DNA of 64,000 nucleotides from Flaccisagitta enflata. Its lineage: Eukaryota. Position numbers and translations under genes: made by a program. Below are positions 24,294-40,274 of the stretch, one piece after another. The notes under the pieces are model-generated. The model was given only the letters and a program-made list of their open reading frames with translations, had not been told where the DNA came from and ran no database searches. How positions within the stretch are numbered: the first letter of the stretch is position 1; every line of letters starts with the position of its first letter. The stretch spans positions 28,272,001 through 28,336,000 of the forward strand of contig OZ231126.1 of NCBI GenBank assembly GCA_965153355.1, read 5' to 3'.

Positions 24294-25233
24294 TGCAAAT
24301 ACGTGACTGGTTATCGGTCTAGAAGATGGCATCGTAAATCAATCAAAAAGAAACTCAAAGCCGGAGAAGAAATCTTGATTCAAGGAAAGAAAAAAAAACC
24401 TAAACGGCGTGTTCCCCTCTGAAATATTCCCTTTCTGATGCGTCATTTGGTTTTAGTCGCGTGCTACGCGACTCTATAAGCCACTTTTCGTTCGGTCGGC
24501 TGGACGGTCCGTCGGTCGGTTGGTCCGTCACAAAACTGTTTGAAAGGCTTTTTAAAGCGTTTTTTATGTTTCTGAATGGTAGAGAAGGAACTTTGTTGAG
24601 TAGACAGTCATTTCAAATGTCTCTATGAAAAAAAGATTGTTTGTCTGTCTGTCTGCTTGACTTTTGTTGAGAGTGGCGACGCACGCGCGCACGCGACTTT
24701 GGTCTAATGTCTTAATGACCTTGTTTCACTTGGAGCGTCTCGGGTTTAAATAGAATCCGGTTATCAATCGATCAAATTTTAAGATACGACTGGTACAAAA
24801 CCTTGGCCTTGGTCTTGGTCTTGGTCTACATTCCATTCAATGAAAGATGCAAAAGATAAATAGAGAAGTACATATAGAGTTATAGACAAAGGAAACCTTG
24901 ACTTTGGATTCCAGTGCAGAGGTTGGCCATCGTCAAGGTTATTCGCTGTTTGAGTTGGAGTTGGTTCATAAGCCGGGTTGTTGGGACATAAACATCAATA
25001 TCTTGTATTTGGATGTCTCAGTCATTTTCTTTTATTTCAATGATGTCAAATTTTGATCAGTACCATTCGAATTGGAAGTGCATGCGGTCTACAAGCCAAA
25101 GACTTTTTCCATTGGTTTACCTAACTCGAAACATCCAGTCTAAATCCAGTGGATTGTTTTTGTGTGCGCCAACGTGCATCACTAAGAGGCCGTGCCTGTC
25201 GGTCGGACTGTTTATCGGTCGGTCGGTAACATA

Positions 25234-25628
25234 CACTTCTTTTGTAAGAACCTAGTTTATAAGACCATCAAGGCTTTTAATGGCTCTAAAATTAAGAACA
25301 TCCCAAGTATATATGAAGGCTTCATTTTGGGAGAAAAATTTTTTGCTAATGATAATATGTAAGAAACATTATCAAAACACCTTTATCATTTTTCAGAAAA
25401 TATTGTAAAGATACCTCTTGATCTTGTAATTCAATATTTATTTCAGCAATTATTAAGTAATTATTAAGTAATATTAAATAGTAGTAAATTTTAAAGTTTA
25501 TCTATACTTTATATAGTATTTAGAATTAAGAACACTCTAAGAACATTGAAGCCTTGATTTTTCCTCAAAAATAAGAACATGAAGCCTTCAAAAAAAAAAA
25601 AAAATGACGTTCTTATAAAACAAAAATG
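25234..25628. mobile_element. TA-flanked MITE (related to 36315-36735)
   Basis: TA|cacttcttttgtaagaac...gttcttataaaacaaaaatg|TA. Confidence 0.6.
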
Positions 25629-25700
25629 TATTCATTCGACGATCCATTCGGCGTCGTATCGGTCACTTGACCTTGGACAAAAATGTGCTGGGGTTTGGTC

Positions 25701-25920
<220 letters not shown>

Positions 25921-25927
25921 GCGAAAC

Positions 25928-26066
25928 CTGTTAGTGCAGGGTCTTCCGCCAAGTTCCACATGTAAGGGACGACTTCCTTCTTCTTTTCGATGGCGTCTTT
26001 CTCAGCCAAAAGCGCGGCAGTTTTTTCTTGTTCTGATCGAAGTCGTTCTTCCCAATTCTCTTTCAT
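25928..26066 (-). CDS. KIF28: Kinesin-3 exon: coiled-coil end and pre-FHA linker
   Basis: ttttgatctag|ATGAAAGAG...CTAACAG|gtttcg, 139 nt (46 codons + 1). MKENWEERL...VPYMWNLAEDPALT(G) resembles the kinesin-3 WEEKL...PHLxNLNEDP motif and joins the FHA exon in frame. Confidence 0.88.
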
Positions 26067-26864
26067 CTAGATCAAAATCAATTGACAAATATTCACATTT
26101 GAACGATTTTGGTTAGATAGATGTGGTCTTAGAAATTTTGTTAGTCGCGTGCTACGCGACTCTACACCCCGCTTTGTCGGTCTGTCGGTCCATTCGTCCA
26201 TCCGTTGGTCCGTCGGTCCGTTCATCCATCGATCCGTCACACTTTACTTTTTTTTTGGTTTTTGCATATAATTGAGTCGCTTTTGATCTTCCCCCCCCCC
26301 GCCTTTGATTTTCTTCCCCGCTACGCGACGCGTTGCGTTTTAAAATCTATGATTTTCTTCCCCATAAAGCCATAAAACAGTGTAGTTAAGGTTTAGATAG
26401 TGTTAAATTGTGTTTTACTAACTAGTTTTTATGATTTGGTACTGTCAAAAGTTATTTTTTCCCCAAATTTTCTTTTTTTCTCTTTTTTCCCTCATTGATT
26501 TCCTTCCCCATCTCCAGACCCTTTGATTTTGTCACGTGCGGGTGGCCAATAACCGAGTCAGACACGACTAAGAAGGAAACTATGAGAAAAAAAAAGAAAC
26601 TGAGTGACCTTGTCTTACCCCTGATGCCACTCAAAATGAATTATCACAACTACGAGTTAAAAACTTAACCGTTTAGAGACAACGTAAGTACACATACTAA
26701 AAAAAAAACCATACCAGAAGTTAAAAACACCATCTATCGTTGCTATTGAATGCGCTTAGTATGGAAATGGCGTGAATTTTGTATTAAAGCGGGAGTCACA
26801 TACATACGTACATACATACATACATACATACATACATACATACATACATACATACATACATACA

Positions 26865-26896
<32 letters not shown>

Positions 26897-27412
26897 ATCA
26901 TATATACGTATATATGTAAGAGGCAATCTGTTGCTTCTAGCTTTTCCATGTACACATAGATCATCGTACTAAACATCAAATTGGAAATCTAATTTGCTCG
27001 AACAGGCAAAGATACATATTAGTGGCATTACGATGTAAACAAGGCCGGATACACGGCTACCACAGTCGCGTGCGAGTGGGCAGTGAAAGAAAAGGTCACT
27101 TGGGCAATTGGGGCAGGAGCAGAGCGCTCAAAAATATCAAAAAGTAAAATAAGAACCGACCAACTGGCCGACTGACCAACCGACCGACCGACCGAGTGAC
27201 CGACTGACCGACCGACCGACAGACGGACAAAGCGGGGTGTAGAGTTGCGTAGCACGCGACTAAAAAATGATAATCTTGAGAAAATGGTTATGGAGATGAG
27301 CAGATGCCATTAAATTCGCGATTTCGAGATCCGGTTGAACGCGTCAAAAAGTGACTGACGTCAGCAAACGACAATCGACAATTGGCCTTCCACAATTCAC
27401 GTTCATCTACAG

Positions 27413-27929
27413 TAGCGCGGAGCTTCTTGACTAAATATCGTCGGAGCCTTTATGGTCAGGAAATTTGCGCATCATTTTATAGTAGAATGTACCAAAACAA
27501 GGCCGGATGCTCGGCAATCCAGTCGCGGACGGTTGGGTAGGGGCGATAATGCGCGTTTTCACACTTAATGTGATCATTTTCAACTCGAGCGTGACAACTT
27601 GAGCGTGACGGACGGACGGACGGACGGACGGATGGATGGACGGATGGATGGACAAAGCCTCTTAAAGAGTCGCTTGTCCGCGACTAAAAATGGAGGACAT
27701 CGGATATCGGGAAATTGGTGCCCCCCCTCCTACCCCATTGAAAATATACAGGAAGGAATTTGACCTCTAGGGTTTCCTATGCTTTCTATGGAAAAGAGGG
27801 AGTTTGGCAGCGCCAATTTCCTGACATCTGACGACCTCCAAACTCTTTGGTGCATTCTACCTTGAAATGGTTTGCACATCTCCCAAACTTAAAGGCTCCG
27901 ACGATTTTTAGTCAAGGCGCTCCGTGCTA
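27413..27929. mobile_element. hAT-type MITE containing a HINE
   Basis: TIR tagcgcggagc...gctccgtgcta and perfect 8-bp TSD atctacag. Confidence 0.85.
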
Positions 27930-29892
27930 ATCTACAGCCATGCGCGCGCAAGACCACGCTCGCCTCATAACATGTATATTTTGTAGAATTCTTCATCCCG
28001 TTATCCCACTAGGGAATAAGACAAAAAAATAGCAACATTTTTCCCCGTTTTGTTTGCATGAGCAGTTTTGATATATCAGTTGCGAATCCCGGGCACATTG
28101 GCACTTTTGACTGATAAAAAGATGCATACATTTATCGAAATGATTTAGATTTTTAACGAAATGGTGAATGTCCTTCAAATGGCTGCTTCGTATTTGTCAA
28201 GAGAGGTGAATGCACTCGCTCACACCCGGTCACACGTGCGCACCCACGTGTACACACATACGAACACGCACCCACGTACACACACGAACACGCACACACG
28301 TACAGAGGCAACTCAATTATGAATATAAAAGAAAAAAGAATGAGGGCAAATTTAGCCTCAAAGGTTTTTGACGCCACCTTTTATTTCATTTACCGCCGTC
28401 CTGAATGGCTTTTGCCATCGCCGCCGCTTCGGTTTCTGCCGCTGTAACTCGTGGCACCGCTGCTGCTGCAGCTGCTGCCACCGCTGCTGCCGCCGCTGCT
28501 CACGCCACTGTCGCTGTTGCCACCCCTGACCCCCCCCCCCCTCCCTCACTCGGGAGGCACCTCCAACTCAACTCTCACTCTTTATGATTCTGCTTTGCAT
28601 CAATTTAGAGATAATGCATTGATGCATGCAATACAACGACCAAATCTTATGTTGCACTGTGCCACCAATGTAAATGGCGCCAAAGCTATCAGCTACAAAT
28701 TTCTTTCCATCTTTTCGTCGTTTTTCTCGCATCACCAATTATCAATCAATTGCTTCCATCATTATTAATTTCCTTACAGTAACTCGAGACAGCGCTGATT
28801 GCCAATTTCAAGGGGATTCGTTTTTTCCTTCTAAAAGCGATTTGGAAGATATGAAAGATTTTATCATTTCATCCTCAAGCTAGCCAATTGTCAATTGTCT
28901 GCGCTGATTGCAGCAACTTGTCCTGATTCCTTATGTGCGACTAAGATGAATCGCAAATCAGATTAATCGTCAAACCCCATCTCATCCCTTCCCATCCAGG
29001 GGCGTAGGGGAGTAAGCTTTTTTACAACTGGCATGCACTCCAATCTGTGTCTGACGGATTTAGTGTCCCAATAGAAACTAATAGATGTTTTTTATCCTAT
29101 AACTAAGAAACAGTGATAACTGCCATTGTTTCACAATAAACAACTTAGTTTTGCTTTCGTTCCCCCTTTTTTTCTTTATTACTTCTTAGATGCGTCCTCG
29201 CATCTCTATAATAGGCTGTGTCCGTTGGTCTATCGGTCGGTCAGTCGGTCTGTAACGCATTTGTAAAAAGCATAAGAATCTTGCATTTTTTCCAAAGAAA
29301 ATTTGTACCAACTCAGTAAAAGTAGCATACATTGAATAATTCATTCATTAAATCATTCATTCATTCATTCATAAAAAACATTCATTCATAAAAAACATTC
29401 ATTCATAAAAAACTTTCGTTCAAAGAGGACGCATCGTTGGCCTACTTGGCCTTGTTTTCCATTCATTTTTTCTGCATTTTCTAATTTTTCCTTCTTTCTT
29501 CTTTTTTTTTCTCTAGATAAAAGAAATTTGTGTCTGACAACTTTGATATCCCAACTCAATCATCCGGCGGCCATCGGCATGTCAGAAATACACGGGTAAC
29601 GAACTAACAATTTCGTCTGAGAAAATCTTTTACTAACTATTAAACTTAACCCCACTACGAGCCTCATCAGCACAACCACTATCATCAATGCGTTCGTAAA
29701 TTCCTTCAAAAATGCCATCGTGACCATCATAATCACTGCACCGGTACTCACTATCATCAACGCCAGTAACCCAGTACCTATGTCTACGTCACACCAGATA
29801 CGCCACAGTCATCGTCATTATCGTCAACCAGCCAGTGGCCCAGCACCCCTGTCTACGTCACACCAGATACGCCACCACACAGTCCATCATAT

Positions 29893-30587
29893 CCCACCCT
29901 GATGGGAATAAAACACCTAACACCACTTTATCCAACTCCACCCACCTACACAGTCCATCAAATCCCACCCTGATGGGAAAAAAACACCTAACACCACTTT
30001 ATCCCACTCCACCCACCTACACAGTCCATCAAATCCCACCCTGATGGGAAAAAAACACCTAACACCACTTTATCCCACTCCACCCACCTACACAGTCCAT
30101 CAAATCCCACCCTGATGGGAAAAAAACACCTAACACCACTTTATCCCACTCCACCCACCTACACAGTCCATCAAATCCCACCCTGATGGGAAAAAAACAC
30201 CTAACACCACTTTATCCCACTCCACCCACCTACACAGTCCATCAAATCCCACCCTGATGGGAAAAAAACACCTAACACCACTTTATCCCACTCCACCCAC
30301 CTACACAGTCCATCAAATCCCACCCTGATGGGAAAAAAACACCTAACACCACTTTATCCCAATCCACCCACCTACACAGTCCATCAAATCCCACCTTGAT
30401 GGGAAAAAAACACCTAACACCACTTTATCCCACTCCACCCACCTACACAGTCCATCAAATCCCATCCTGATGGGAAAAAAACACCTAACACCACTTTATC
30501 CCACTCCACCCACCTACACAGTCCATCAAATCCCATCCTGATGGGAAAAAAACACCTAACACCACTTTATCCCACTCCACCCACCTA
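29893..30587. repeat. 71-bp tandem minisatellite, ~9.8 near-identical copies
   Basis: Unit cccaccctgatgggaaaaaaacacctaacaccactttatcccactccacccacctacacagtccatcaaat starts at 29893, 29964, 30035, 30106 and so on. Confidence 0.95.
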
Positions 30588-30835
30588 TGCACCATGACTG
30601 TCATTATTACTGTCACCGACACAGTCATCGACATTTCGTCAATACCACCACTTCTCAATATTTGTCTAATCCATCGTTACAAAAAAATCGTCGTCGTCGT
30701 TGTTGTCGTCGTCATCGTCGTCGTTGTTGTCGTCGTCGTCGTCATCGTCTCCGTGAGAATAGTTTTGTTTATTTTTCCCATTTGTCTCTTTAGTTTCTTT
30801 TATCTGTTTACTCTCTCCATTCTTTATTTGTTTAC

Positions 30836-30943
30836 CTTTTCCATTTCTTGTTGGTTTCTTTTGATTGCTTCCTCGGCCTCTTGTTTTATTCTTTCCATTT
30901 CCTCTGCGTCCACCTCTGAGCCTTTTTCTTCGCCCGGCGCCGC
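30836..30943 (-). CDS. KIF28: Kinesin-3 exon: coiled-coil segment
   Basis: cttctgacag|GCGGCGCCG...ATGGAAAAG|gtaaac, 108 nt, phase 0/0. AAPGEEKGSEVDAEEMERIKQEAEEAIKRNQQEMEK reads directly into MKENWEERL. Confidence 0.8.
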
Positions 30944-31884
30944 CTGTCAGAAGCCCAAAGAAAATCAAATCAAAATTCCAAATCGAAATTTGAAAAATAA
31001 AAGAACAAACACGTCTGAGCGTCGCGATGACGCACATCGCCCCCCCCCTTAGGCAACGCACTTTCAAGAATGAGACAAAAGGATAATACATGCACTTAAA
31101 TGATATTCAGTCCCGTGTGCGCAACTCGATAATCTGCTAAGTTGGTCGGTCTGTCTGTCAGTCTGTTGGTCGGTCCGTTGATCCACCTGTTGTTAGTCCC
31201 AGTTGTTTTTACGTCGATGGGCAGTTTTTGAATCACTGCGCCTGCCCAAACACTTTTTAAGCCTACTTCAACATTGCCCCTGCCCGCCCGGCCGCCAGCC
31301 CGGCCGCCCGCCAGCTTTGTTCAAATCTTTTAAACTATAAAAACTCTTCGCATGTTTTACATCATATTCTGTAAGTTTAAGACTTCATCATCTTTAGAAT
31401 TATGATTTTAACTTTTATGTCAACTCCATTCAATTTTAAAGAATTGACAAATGACAATGGAACAGATGAGACACACCTGTGCCACGTACTCCTTTACTAA
31501 CGCACTCACTCACTCACTCACTTGCGCCCTCACTTGCTCACCCACTCTCTCACTCACTCATTCACTAATCTGGACGCCGGATTTGCGTCTGTTGGTCCGT
31601 TGGTCCTTCATGCTCGGGTTGAAAAGTGAAAACGCGCATCTCCGCCCCTGCTACCCCCCCCCCCTGCGCAATGACATTTCATAATTGTAACCCCGGGTCA
31701 CACGTTTTGTTACGTGCAAAGATTGTAAAGAACATTAAGTACAGGAAAGGGCCAAAGTCGTGCTTTTCTATTTTAGGTTGTCGAACTCTGCCTGTCTGAT
31801 TTCCATTTCCGATTACGAATCGGTTTCCAACGCTTTTTCGACGGTCTGATCAATCACACACACATACACACGCACGGAAGCGCA

Positions 31885-31971
<87 letters not shown>

Positions 31972-31991
31972 TGCGCCCATGACGTTATAAC

Positions 31992-33761
<1,770 letters not shown>

Positions 33762-34745
33762 GTTTTAACACTAGTAACAGTCACGGAGAAATAATGAAAT
33801 GTCACATGGTTGAAACATGGAGTAATATCAAAACAGAATCGGCAATTATACATGAATATAAGAATGGGCTCAATTTGGTCATTCGAATGAAACATTATTT
33901 CCAAGCAATTTTTGTAATCCAATTGCATGATAAGAGCTCAATCTTTTTGGAAAATTCAAAATTGATTTGGACTAGGCATTCCGTAATCAATGCTGCAGTC
34001 ATAAAGAAAACATTGTTGTAGCTTCAAGAGAAATTTCCTCCATAGTAATTCTATGCAACTGAAGCATTGATTAAGGAATGCGTAGATCAAGTCCAAATCA
34101 ATTTTCCAATGAGATAGAGCTCTAATTATGCAAATAGAGCATGAAAAGTGGTAAGAAATAAGGTTTCTTTGTTATACCCAAGTTGGGCCCACTCTAATGA
34201 ATATGACATATTGATAAATCCGTATAATGCCCTTGGCAATAATTACATACAATGCCTCACAGTACTTATTACCAAATCCATTCTCTCGTTAATTAGTTAT
34301 TATATAGAATATTTATCAAACATCATCTAGAATGCGCGAGAATTACTTTGCACAAATGAACGGGACATTTAGGCCTCCCAAAACGTCAATGCGTGCAGCA
34401 AACCAAAGGGTTAACTGATTTTGTAAGCAATTGAATTCAATTAAGGTTGATGATCGTCGATGTCTGGCTGACTGTCTGCCTTTCTTTCTCTCTCTGTCTG
34501 ACTATCTGTCTAGCTTTGTCTGTCTGTCTCTGTGTGTGTGAGTCTGTCTGTCTGCCTGTCTGTCTGTCTGTCTCCGTCTCTGTCTCTGTCTCTTGCTTTT
34601 CTCCGCCCCTCAAGCAAGAATGATGACGACGCATCAGTATGAAGAGGTGAAAGGGTTAACAGATGAACACTTTCTTCCAGTGACCCGCGCGAGGGCGTCA
34701 CTGATGACCTACTTGACCCCAGCCCAACAATGACTAGGAGGAGTT

Positions 34746-34953
<208 letters not shown>

Positions 34954-36314
34954 TTTTTCTGAAAATGCCGACGTTCGTCGTATGACCTTGTTTTCACTTA
35001 TCTTTGTCTTTGTAATTCATTTCTTTTTCTTCGCTGCATATTTTTCCAAACATTATAAAACACTTAAAAGAGTTTATGCAAATGATATATTTAGTGCTGT
35101 TTTCTTTCAACAAGGCTAACACCTATAAGTCGCGTGCGAGACTTACAGACAAAGAATGACTTAGAATGACTAAGAATGACTTTCAATGATTTAGACTGAC
35201 CTAAAATGACCAAAATTGTCTTAAAATGACTAAAAAACTTAATTACCAAAAATGACTTAAAATAACTTAAAATGACTTAAAGTGACTTAGAATGACTCAA
35301 AATGACTTAGAATAACTATAAATGACTTAAAATGACCTAAGAATTGACGTTATAGTAAAAAAAAGTAAAGTGTGACGGACGGACGGACGGACCGACGGAC
35401 CGACGGACGGACGGACGGACGGACGGACCGACAAAGCGGGTTGTAGAGTCGCGTGCACGCGACTAAAAACTTTCTATCCAACTGACGATTGACGTCTAAA
35501 GAATATTTAATGTCTTTTGAAATCTTGGATCAAGAAAAGAGTAATTCGATTTTTTTTTCAAACTCGACGTTAATAGTTTTGCCTCACTCAAAGCATAGAA
35601 TCACTGCACTCACGATTCTTAAAATGATAACTACTACTCTACAATCGTATGTTAACTTCCCTTACCCACCCAATCCCATAAGGTCATATATCTATACCCC
35701 TCAACTCATCTGCTGGCAGTTTCTATAATCTCGTTTTTTGCGAGATGGCGAAAAAAGGTCAATTATAGAATGGAGAAAAAAATCAGATAGCTTATGTCAA
35801 TATGAACATGGATCAAAAACAGAATTTTGTTACTGATCCTCGATTTTCATGTAAATTAGGCTGAAACGCAACAAATAATGATCGAAAATAAGCAAATATT
35901 GAGTTGTTGTAGCCAGCAAAACCAAAAAAAGGTCAAAAATTGAATAAGACCCAATTCTGCTGAAAAAAATTCTCTATAAGCAGCTTTTTTGGCTGGTTGG
36001 GCCAGTTGGAAAAAATTTACTAAATCTTCTTGCAACGATCAATTAAAGTGGACATTCTCTGAAAGAACCACTGTTCAATTTTCATCCAAATCGGAAAAAT
36101 ATTTTTGAAGTTATACTGTTTTTAAAATTTTTTGGTGGTAGGCTGGTTGGGTTGGTTACTGGTTAGATATATCCGAGATGCACCAAAAGCTCTGTTCGTT
36201 ATCGTCCCAGTACAGTATTGATCCATGCAAAAAATCTTTCGTCTTTCTAGGAGGGCTTCCAAGATATGGACATTTCGTGATTTTTTTGGATTACCATTTA
36301 GCTGGGAGTGCATA

Positions 36315-36735
36315 CACGCTTTTCATTTTATAAGAACATGGATTTTTGAAGTGAGCCTCAGCGTTCTTATTTGTAATCTTGTTTTAAGGCTCAAGCGTTC
36401 TTAACATGTTCTTATTTTTTAATAAGATAATTTATTTTGGTGATATGTTTATATATCATTATAATGGTATATTTTAGGCAGTTGTTAAAAAAAAACATTT
36501 TTATTATTTAAAAAGAAATATTAGATTGATATGTCGAATAATGAATTATCATTTTAAAAATCATTATCAAAATATCAATCATTAAAGGTTTTTCATCAAA
36601 TTTTACTAGTTTTTTGAGGAAAATATTATTATCTTCAAATCTGAGGCTCAGCATGTTCTTAAGATGTTCTTATTTTTTGGCCAAATCTGAGGCTGATGTT
36701 CTTATAAACAGTGTTCTTATAAAAAGAAAAGCGTG
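36315..36735. mobile_element. TA-flanked Tc1/mariner-type MITE
   Basis: TA|cacgcttttcattttataagaac...gttcttataaaaagaaaagcgtg|TA, with repeated gttctta motifs. Confidence 0.8.
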
Positions 36736-38094
36736 TACATGCGCCGATAACAACGAATTAACTACGAAGATTCATCGTGAAGCGTGATTATTCTGCAACA
36801 ATTTACCGACCAATCACATTGAAAATTTCATTATGGCTGAATGCCCGGGAGTTAAGACCTGAAATTTTCAGTACAGATGCAAAATTTCACGTTCTTTCTC
36901 ATCGTCTCATCCAAATTTCCATCATCAGTTTCACAATGGCGTGACAGTGACAGACTTAAAGTGTGACATGAGCGTGACAGAAGAGCTGGGGGGGGGTGTG
37001 CGGAATAAACTCGCTTGAAGAAAAGTGTCATTACTCCGGATCGAAGTGTCACAGTGGCATGAAATTTGGAGCATATGTCCTTCAAGTAGTCCTCTATCTT
37101 TTAATCAATATTGCTTCTAATCAATATTGCTAGTGTCAGTACTTCCATCAGTACATTAGTAATCTTTGATTGTAACTTTTGTAAGATATTTTGTGTATAC
37201 TAAATGGTATAGGCCTGTCCAACCCTATACTAATGAGGTATGCAGTCAAGCTGATTGTTTTGTCAGGTAAGCTTTTTTTTGTCAGTAGTAAAGGATAGTT
37301 GTGAGCAATCCGGAGTAAACACCATTGAAAGCTTGCAAGGCTTTCATACTTTGTTAATTGGAGAATTCTGGCCTCCTTTTATAAGGGCAATGTTGTTTCA
37401 ACTTTCATAGAAACCTGAAAGTGATTAACTTTGAGAATAAATAGTGTTCTAAAAAGAGATAACCGGCATACTCGGATTTTGCCGTAAAATGGCGAAAAAA
37501 TTTGGAGGATCAAAACTTGATGATAATACAACATTTGGACAATTAAGCATTTACGCACTGGGATGAAATTTTTTGTATATCACATCAGATTGATGATAAC
37601 TGATTAAAAGCTGAGAAATGATCAGATGATCTTTTTTTTGATAGGTTTTGCTTGTTTTTTGCTTGTCCCAACAAAATCCGGACATGCCAATGTGGCCATT
37701 TTGAACTTATTTTCAGCCCCCCTGGGAGTAGGGATGGTCACTGAAAATGGTTTGGCAAGGTAATCCAGGTAGTTTGTAGGTCATCAAACTATAAAAACTT
37801 GTCACGATGCAATAGACATAGCGGTAACACTGTTAACGTGGTGGTAAGTCGGGTTCTCGCGTCGAAAAGAGATTGTGACATTAGCCTGCTGCAATCAAAG
37901 TCCCGTCGTCCCATAAAGGCCATGATTCCCAACCTCATTTCCCACTCGATTCTATTGGTCACTTCTTCAACCGTTCTTCGTCTTTCCAACTCCCCCTCTA
38001 GCCCCTTTCGCCAAATCTTTTTAGTCTCTTCCAGTTCCACCACGCGAAAAGTCAGACTTTGACACCCCAACACCTGATACCTCGCCCCCATCTT

Positions 38095-38440
38095 CCTTCC
38101 CCATCTTCCTCGCCCAAACCCTACTGAATATTTCACCACCATAACACCCCCCCCCCATCTTCCTCGCCAAAACCCCTTAAGAATATTTCACCATCCTAAA
38201 CCCCCACATCTTCCTCATCCGACCCCTTAAGACGCTCTCACTAACCTAAACAAAAAAACTTCCTCACCTGACCCCTTCAGACTCTTTCACCATCCAAAAC
38301 CCCCTCATCTACCCACCCGATCCCACTCAGACTCTTCCACCACCCTAACCCCCCTTTTCCTCAATCAACCCCTTCAGACTCTTTATCCACTCAAAACCCC
38401 CTTATCTTCCTCGCCCAAACCCCTTCAGAATATTTCACCA
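38095..38440. repeat. Degenerate ~60-bp C-rich tandem repeat
   Basis: Recurrent atcttcctcgcccaaaccccttcagaatatttcaccat, lying just 3' (gene sense) of the micro-exon donor. Confidence 0.7.
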
Positions 38441-38454
38441 TTCAACGTCCTTAC

Positions 38455-38508
38455 ACCACCTCCACCACCTCCATCACCTCCACCACCTCCTTGAGTTTCT
38501 TCCACCAC
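38455..38508 (-). CDS. Candidate Gly-rich 54-nt micro-exon of the kinesin gene
   Basis: ttctgacgtatcag|GTGGTGGAAGAAACTCAAGGA...GGTGGT|gtaagg, 18 codons VVEETQGGGGGDGGGGGG, phase 0/0. Compatible with both flanking phase-0 exons, at the Gly-rich hinge after the neck coil. Confidence 0.55.
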
Positions 38509-38664
38509 CTGATACGTCAGAAATCGTAGTTGCAATCAAAGGCAGTTGTTTCCTCGAGAGTTTCTGCGCACGCGCCAACGTGAAGTGAAACGGCCGTACT
38601 GCGGCAAATAGTACGGCCGTGAGTGCGGCCCCGAGTACGGCTGCGGGTTCGGCCGTGCACACCA

Positions 38665-39025
38665 TACCTGAGTGTGACATGGGCTGCGCAGGGCACACCG
38701 CAGGTTTGACAGGGACATGGGCTGCATAGCGCTCCCCGAGAGTGCAGAACAGGATGCGTTGCACTCCCTACAAGTGTGATGCAGGCAGCATAGTGCACCC
38801 TACGGGTTTGACAGGGACCGTACAGCGTACCATTCAAGAGTGTCAGGAGCAGCATAGTACTTCCCTCCTCGAGTGTGGCGGGGACAGCGTAGCGCATTCC
38901 GCGACAGTGATAATGGCTATTCAGCGCATTCTACGATAGTGATAGGGGCTGAGCGTACTTATTGGGTGTGACAAGGGCTACATAGTGTAGTCTGCGACAG
39001 TGACAAGAGCTGCGTGGCGCACCGT
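38665..39025. repeat. Degenerate GC-rich ~30-bp tandem repeat
   Basis: Recurrent gtgaca(g/a)gggctgcatagcgca-like units. Confidence 0.55.
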
Positions 39026-40014
39026 TATAGCGGCCGCTGGTGGCCGCCTGGGGAAGGATAATTTTCCCTCAACTGAAATGTCAAATTCAAGGCATGCGCC
39101 GCGACCACCGCACCGAACAGAACCGCGCCGCGACCACTGCAACCAATTTCTTTCTTTATTTCTTTAGTTTTTCCCCTACGCGGAAAAATGGAAAGGAAAT
39201 TTAGTGAAATAAGAATGACGAATGTTGAATTCACTGGTTTCTAAAAATGACGAATGCTGACTTATATGCTGTTGTCTGTTGTATGGCGAAAGTTTCACGG
39301 GGCTGACCTATGCCAGAGCATACTTTGTGAGTTGCATCTTCCATTCCACACCATTTCCATATTCTTTGAGAGGAATACTCTTTCTGACTTCTGAGAAAAA
39401 CAATAACATCACGTACACCGGGTGGATCGTTGAACATGGGACGGACGAACAGACAAAAGAAAGCATGGACGGGCGTGATCTCTTGCAAATTTGCTCTGGC
39501 AAATGAAAATGTCACGTACATTCATGTAAATTTTTGGTTTCTATATAGAATTTGCATTGCTTAAAGAACTAAATTAAGACATCCATTGCAGTCTGTTGCC
39601 GTCGGGCAGATAAGTATCGCGATGAATTGACGAAGCAATGGACCGACGGTCCAACTGACTCTGTTACGTTTAGGTTTGTGTACATGAAATTTAACGACAG
39701 CAGCCGCTCACCTTGTATTAAACTTTAATTTAAAGAGAGGAATGAAATTGAGTAGGGAATGATGATAAAAAAACACCTCGAAATTAAAAATCTATATTCA
39801 CATATGAAACAAGGAGTAAAAAACTGACATTTGAAGTGTTTTTCTCATCATTATGGACTCAGTCTTGAAATGCATAAGACATGGCTAGAATTTTGAAGCT
39901 TTCATACCTCCTTGTCCGAGAGTAACGGAAATCCGCCTGTAATTGACAAAAAACTTTGGTCTCTTCAGTGCAACGGGGAATATCCCGCCAAAAGAAACAA
40001 AAGAAAACGACATA

Positions 40015-40229
40015 CAGTGGGAACCCGATTTAAGGACCCTGAAGGGACTAGAGATTTTTGGTCGTTAAATCCGAATGTTGTTAAATCGAATTTCTAATTT
40101 TCTCCTATGCACAAAAACTGTTTCATGAGCAATTAAGACTAGCATCAGTTTCTAATTGATTATCATAGTTTTCAAGCATTTATGCAAATGGTAACAAACA
40201 TAGAAACAGTCAGAGCTAAAGACAAACAA

Positions 40230-40274
<45 letters not shown>

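Noticed and set aside
24895-25060. Possible extra minus-strand exon (NNPAYEPTP-like peptide)
   Set aside because: No convincing acceptor, and the 25928 and 309 exons already join in frame across the conserved EDPALTG-MV junction.
29893-30587. CRISPR array or tandem hammerhead ribozymes (CTGATGG...GAAA)
   Set aside because: There are no unique spacers or cas genes, and the context is eukaryotic. The core is CUGAUGG rather than CUGAUGA, with no stem II between it and GAAA.
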